DNA of 50,624 nucleotides from an uncultured Polyangiaceae bacterium (GTDB lineage Bacteria; Myxococcota_A; Polyangia; Polyangiales; Polyangiaceae): NCBI GenBank assembly GCA_964488865.1, contig CAZAWR010000074.1, positions 1 to 50,624 of the forward strand, read 5' to 3'. Shown piece by piece: positions 46,416 to 50,624 of this stretch (position 1 is its first letter; each line of letters starts with the position of its first letter). The notes under the pieces were generated by a model. It saw only the letters and a program-made list of their open reading frames with translations, ran no database searches and was not told where the DNA came from. The position numbers and the translations under genes were made by a program.

Positions 46416-47735
46416 GTGAACGGCAGGACCGACGATCGCCCCGATCCGAGCCGCGTCATCGCGTCGCTCGCGCGCGACCGGGTCAACCTCGACCTGAAGA
46501 CGGTGGACCTTTGCTTCCTCGCAGGGCTCTACCTCAAGGCGGACAAGGCAGCGCTCGCGTCGTTCGAGGAGGACGCGCTCGTCGACATGTTCGAGCAGAT
46601 CTGCGACGTGGTCGACCCCGCCGCCGAGAACCCCCGCAAGCGAGCAACCCACGCGATCCAACGACTGCGCGAGCAACGGATGCTGGCACGCGTCGACGGC
46701 GCCGGCATCGTGCGCGCGGGAGACTACGCGTTGACCAGGCTTGCGGCCGCGGTCGTGGAGTACTTCCTCGCGGACGAGGCGTTGACGCGCGAAAGCTTGA
46801 CGTTGCTTACGGGCACACTGCGTGCCCAACTCGCCGAGGTTCTCGCTACCGCGAAGAAAGCCGAGGGCGAGGATGCCTGGCGCGCGACTGTCGTAGGGCC
46901 GCTGCGCGTCACGGTCGGAGACCTCGTCGCCGGCATCGAACGCCGGCAGCGCGGCCTCGACGCCCAGCAAGAGGAGGTACAAGCCCAGATCGCCAAGCTG
47001 CTCTCGGCCGATTGGTTCAGTGCCGTGGACCGTTGCGAGGCGTTGCTCGACGCCACCACGTCCACCCTACGGGAGCTGAACGAGATCCTGCTCCGAGACA
47101 CGCACCACTTCGTTGCGCTCCTGCTCGAGATCCAGACGCTCGCCGTAGCTGTCGCGAACACCGAGGCCGAAGCCACGGTCCAGCGCGTCATCGAACACGT
47201 GGACCGCATCGCCGCCTGGGGCTCCGCGAGACAACGGGCGTGGTCGGAGTACTACCAGTACGTGCACCGGTACTTGCGCGACGTCGTCCGTCTCGACCCC
47301 GACCGCGCTCTCAGCCAACGTCTACGAGACCAGCTAGCCGCTTGGCCCAAGCGTCCGTTCCACCTCGTCGCCGCGCGCGCGCCTTCCATCCGCCTCCTGC
47401 GCGCGCTCGAAGCGCGCGTCGAGCACCCACCCGTGGTCCAACCGCGCGCGGAACGCGATGCGGATCCTGAATGGGTCGAGCCCGAGAGCCTGGTCGCCGA
47501 CATCGAGGCCCTTGTGGAACGGGCACGCGATGAGGGAGCAGCCACCCTCGCAAGCGTGTCGTCCCGGGTTCTCTCGGACCTGCCGCAGGCCGTGCGCTAC
47601 GCGGCGACGGGCCGCATTGCCCACGCGGTCGCGCAGCGCTCGCAGGTCCGAAGTGAGCGGGAGCGACCTTGGACTCCCGCGCTCGATCGCCTCGAAGTGG
47701 AGGACTGGACCATCGATTGGAGCAGCAAATCATGA
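46416..47735 (+). CDS. Candidate Wadjet JetA / MksF-like (DUF3375-like) protein
   Basis: A ~440-aa all-helical protein whose stop overlaps the ATG of a DUF4194-like ORF (ATGA). Family assigned from architecture and motif recall only. The GTG start at 46416 is uncertain; the ORF opens at 46254. Confidence 0.4.
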   Translation: MNGRTDDRPDPSRVIASLARDRVNLDLKTVDLCFLAGLYLKADKAALASFEEDALVDMFEQICDVVDPAAENPRKRATHAIQRLREQRMLARVDGAGIVRAGDYALTRLAAAVVEYFLADEALTRESLTLLTGTLRAQLAEVLATAKKAEGEDAWRATVVGPLRVTVGDLVAGIERRQRGLDAQQEEVQAQIAKLLSADWFSAVDRCEALLDATTSTLRELNEILLRDTHHFVALLLEIQTLAVAVANTEAEATVQRVIEHVDRIAAWGSARQRAWSEYYQYVHRYLRDVVRLDPDRALSQRLRDQLAAWPKRPFHLVAARAPSIRLLRALEARVEHPPVVQPRAERDADPEWVEPESLVADIEALVERARDEGAATLASVSSRVLSDLPQAVRYAATGRIAHAVAQRSQVRSERERPWTPALDRLEVEDWTIDWSSKS

Positions 47736-48050
47736 CGGGCTCGACGTTCCAGACCCTCGAAAACGCCATCGCACACGACCACTTCCCTGAAGTCGATCTG
47801 ATGTTGCGGCGCGGGCGGCACATCGGACGCGACGACGGGACCCTCTACGAGTACCTCGTCGATGCGCAGGCGATCCTCGAGAAGTTCTACGAGCGATTCG
47901 GGTGCGGGCTGGTCCAGCGAAGCGATGGCTACTTCTTCCTGCTGCCGTCGGGAGACCAATTGGGACGGAGGCATCTTTCCGCCGGAGAGATGCTCGTGGG
48001 CCAGACACTCGCCTTGCTCTACCTCGATCCAGCGACGCTGCAGCCAGGAC
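47732..48050 (+). pseudogene. Candidate JetB / MksE-like (DUF4194-like) 5' half, truncated
   Basis: MTGSTFQTLENAIAHDHFPEVDLMLRRGRHIGRDDGTLYEYLVDAQAILEKFYERFGCGLVQRSDGYFFLLP...LALLYLD. The frame degenerates into Arg-rich nonsense after about residue 105 and no jetC/jetD follows. Confidence 0.35.
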
Positions 48051-48053
48051 GAC

Positions 48054-48806
48054 GCGCTGGTCATCAGCAATCCTGGGGGGTTCGTCGAAGGCGTCACCCT
48101 CGACAACCTGTTGACGACGGAACCCAGGCCGAGGAATGCGTCCCTCGCGGACATCTTCAAGCGGATGGGGCTGGTAGAACGAACGGGCCGCGGCGTGGAC
48201 ATCATCTACCGAGGGCTGCTGCGGTACGGTCGTCCGTACCCCGACTACTCGCGCAGCGACTCGTCCTCGGTCGTCCTGCGCATGCCGGTCGAAGAAGCCG
48301 ATCTGCAGTTCCTTCGGCTCATCACCGAGGAGGAGAACCGTCAGCAAGCGCCTCTTCCGATCGACAGCCTCATTGCGCTGTCGATGCTGCGGGAGCAGCG
48401 GCGCACGACCCGAGCGGAGCTCCAGCGAGCCATCCAGAAGGATGAGGCGGCGGCAACACGAACGCTGGAAGCGCTGCGGGAGCGGGGCCTCGTCCAGTCC
48501 CAAGGGCGAGGGCGGGGCAGAACCTACATGCTGAGTGCGAAGGTCTACACAAGGCTCGGAGAGCGTTCGGAGTACGTCAGGCAGGCAGGCTTCTCCTCCC
48601 TGCAGCAAGACCAGATGATCCGCCAGTACGTGCGCACCCACGGGCAGATTGTCAGGTCGGATGTGGTGGACCTCTGCGGGTTGGGGACGGACCAGGCGAC
48701 GCGGCTGCTTGCGCGGCTGGTGGAAGAAGGCGTTCTTGTCGCTGAGGGCGACCGTCGTTGGCGGAGGTACCTGCCGGGTCCGAAGCTGCACGGGAGCCCC
48801 CTATGA
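48054..48806 (+). pseudogene. 5'-truncated fragment of a regulator gene: second half of an HATPase_c_4 (RecG-C-like) domain plus a C-terminal winged HTH
   Basis: LVISNPGGFVEGVTLDNLLTTEPRPRNASLADIFKRMGLVERTGRGVDII. It lies in frame +1 relative to the jetB-like fragment, has no start codon of its own and lacks the N-terminal ~300 aa of the family. Confidence 0.5.
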
Positions 48807-49044
48807 GCGCGCGTATAGAAACCGCGGATAGGAAGGTCACGGATGGCAAAATAAGCTTCATTTTTCGAAGAGTTGGGCTATCCGCGCCCTATCCGCGGAC
48901 CGCGCATAGACCGCGCATAGAGACCGCGGATACCCAGTCCCCAATTCTGTTTCAAACTTTTGATTTCATTGATTATTCCATATACGCGGCGCCTGTGCGA
49001 ACCGCAGATAGACCGCGGATAGCCATTCCGCGTGAGGCACAGCC
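48578..49044 (+). repeat. Longer copy of the duplicated gene 3' end plus flank (see 45590-46026), with AT-rich patches and TATCCGCGG/CCGCGGATA palindromic motifs
   Basis: Direct comparison. Confidence 0.8.
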
Positions 49045-49116
49045 ACGATCAGCTACCGAAACGTGCCTGGCATCAGCCCCGACCCCGTTCTGTTTCTGTT
49101 CTGCCCCGTGCCACCG

Positions 49117-49160
49117 TGCCTCCGTGGTGAATCTCTTTCAGGCTGCGCCCTGTAGGCTCC
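49117..49160 (+). repeat. Direct repeat GTGCCTCCGTGGTGAATCTCTTTCAGGCTGCGyCCTGkAGGCTC (copy A); copies also at 49354-49397 and, degenerate, 50564-50588
   Basis: Seen in sequence. Each copy contains an internal inverted repeat (CCGTGG...CCACGG or CCTCC...GGAGG). Confidence 0.7.
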
Positions 49161-49434
49161 ACGGGCGGGGACTCGCGCACCATGCGTTGCGCCCAGCTTC
49201 GACCTCGATCAGAGCGGCAGGACGGCCCCAAATGAAGAAAAGGCAATGTCGGACGGGTCCGCCAAAGCCTCCGCGAGGAAACATCGCCCGATGGCGTGGG
49301 CCTGTCAACGCCCGATTCAGCGACTCTCGGGACACAGATCCCTCTGTGCCTCCGTGCCTCCGTGGTGAATCTCTTTCAGGCTGCGTCCTGGAGGCTCATG
49401 CTCTTGCGCGCCAACGCGAACCGGGGATCGAACG

Positions 49435-50538
49435 ATGGGTAAGAACAAGATAGGACCCAACAACCCGTGCCCGTGCGGCTCGGGCAAGAAGTACAAGAAG
49501 TGCTGCTTCATGAAGGACGGCAAACCGTCTCGGCCTGCAGGTCAACAGACAACCGCGCCGGATCGTCCGAAGTCGTTCGAGGAGATCGGCGCGCAATACG
49601 ACATCTCGCCCTATCACGTCGCGAGGGAGGCCGCGGAAGACCACTTCGGCGTGGCGGGACGGGGGCGTCCAGAACCCTGGAGCATCCAGCGCCTCGCCAC
49701 GTTGTCCACGGACGACATCCTGATTAGGATCGCGAGCCTGGGGATCGAGATCACCCAGGCCACCTTCCTGGAGGCCTCGTGCGACGAACGCTCCGCGTGG
49801 AAGCTCTCCCGCCGTTGGCGCGGGCAGATCCCACAAGAGCGGGCCGAGGACCACAACTTCGTGGCCCTCGCGGTGTGCGAGCTCTGGAAGCGCTGGAGCC
49901 CCGAGCGGCCCTCGATGGAGATGATCGACGACCTCATTCACGAGGGCTACGAGTGTCTTGAGGAGGGCGAAGAGCGCGAGGCGTACCAGAACTGGTGGCA
50001 GGCTTGGCAGATCCTTCGTGCCTGGGTCACGCCGGAGATGCGCACGTTCACTGCCGCGGAGCGCGCATTTCAAGGCTCCCAGTTCATGTTCAACTGGCTC
50101 CAGGACTTCTCCATGTACTGGTCCAACTTCGCGCAGGATGCGCCTACCGAGGCCAGGCGTGGCATCACGTTCATCCGCGAATGCCTGAGCCAATTCCGGG
50201 ACGAGAAGCCCGAGCTGCAACGGAGTCTCCGCATGAGCCTCGCCGGTCTGCACTTCGCGCTGGGCGAGTTTTCAGAAGGACGGGCCTTGGTCGATGACGA
50301 GATCGCCAAGAACCCCCGCGCGTGTGAGCCTTACGCCGTCCTGTCCGACGAGCTGGCTCACAGGGCCACAACCCCGGAGGAACTCGACGAAGCCATCGAA
50401 GTCCTCCTCCGCGCGCAAGCCGCGAAGGTCGTCGACGATGTGGACTACGATCTCGACCGGCGGCTCAAGTACCTTGGAGACCAGATGCGCAAGATGCGCG
50501 AAGGTAAGGCCCCGCCCGCCAGCGAGGCCAATGGATGA
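49435..50538 (+). CDS. SEC-C motif-containing protein (N-terminal NPCPCGSGKKYKKCC) with an uncharacterised helical C-terminal domain
   Basis: SEC-C metal-binding motif. The protein is W-rich and has high GC3. Confidence 0.6.
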   Translation: MGKNKIGPNNPCPCGSGKKYKKCCFMKDGKPSRPAGQQTTAPDRPKSFEEIGAQYDISPYHVAREAAEDHFGVAGRGRPEPWSIQRLATLSTDDILIRIASLGIEITQATFLEASCDERSAWKLSRRWRGQIPQERAEDHNFVALAVCELWKRWSPERPSMEMIDDLIHEGYECLEEGEEREAYQNWWQAWQILRAWVTPEMRTFTAAERAFQGSQFMFNWLQDFSMYWSNFAQDAPTEARRGITFIRECLSQFRDEKPELQRSLRMSLAGLHFALGEFSEGRALVDDEIAKNPRACEPYAVLSDELAHRATTPEELDEAIEVLLRAQAAKVVDDVDYDLDRRLKYLGDQMRKMREGKAPPASEANG

Positions 50539-50624
50539 CGGACCCCACCCCCTCCGCGTCTCCGTGCCCCCGTGGTGCATCCTCTGCCACCCTCGCCAAC
50601 GAGGTTCGCACCAAGGTCCGCGAA

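Noticed and set aside
47669-48445. Treating 47669..48445 as one intact 258-aa protein
   Set aside because: Only the first ~105 residues from ATG 47732 look protein-like. The rest is Arg-rich nonsense overlapping the better-supported +1 frame.
49138-49335. 65-aa minus-strand ORF between the two direct repeats
   Set aside because: Poor composition and no RBS. It is probably non-coding spacer.
1-50624. CRISPR arrays, rRNA genes, IS elements with transposase genes, integrase genes
   Set aside because: No CRISPR-like spacer-repeat periodicity, no rRNA-like stretches and no DDE, tyrosine or serine recombinase motifs were seen in any frame.

Overview
The window is very GC-rich (about 70%) with Myxococcota-like coding style: many eukaryotic-like Ser/Thr kinases, FGE/SUMF1, TPR, ECF sigma factors and lipoproteins. 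Genes are dense and frequently overlap by ATGA (stop/start). Three kinds of content stand out.

1. Conserved housekeeping genes:
- rpsP-KH-rimM-trmD plus a SPOUT methyltransferase in the position rplS usually occupies.
- yceD-rpmF, map, a thyX-like gene, serA, hflX, queG, tRNA-Pro(CGG), and cold-shock and rhomboid genes.

2. A signalling-heavy minus-strand gene train (about 14.5-27.7 kb):
- queG -> TPR -> ECF sigma -> FecR-like anti-sigma -> secreted protein.
- Then three STKs, two with paralogous TPR/beta-rich membrane partners, and an EEP-domain lipoprotein.

3. A probable accessory/island region from about 43.2 kb to the window end:
- A 3'-fragment of a tRNA lying in a 640-bp gap.
- A pair of lipoprotein/hypothetical genes.
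- Two nested 5'-truncated copies of the 3' end of a wHTH/HATPase_c_4-type regulator gene, with its palindrome-rich, AT-patchy 3' flank.
- A Wadjet-like JetA/JetB (MksF/MksE-like) pair whose JetB is cut off mid-gene and joined out of frame to the regulator fragment.
- A SEC-C-motif protein bracketed by direct repeats.

Other notable candidates:
- Two short intergenic repeat families that recur in a fixed orientation in the 3' flanks of minus-strand genes.
- A Cys-rich, tandem-module secreted protein cassette coupled to an FGE-family enzyme and a metallophosphoesterase.
- An M48 peptidase translationally coupled to a bacterial dynamin-like protein.
- A shared extreme-C-terminal DPFDxRF motif on two paralogous kinases.

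All family assignments rest on motif recognition by eye, with no searches run. Coordinates I derived by codon arithmetic may be off by a few bases.
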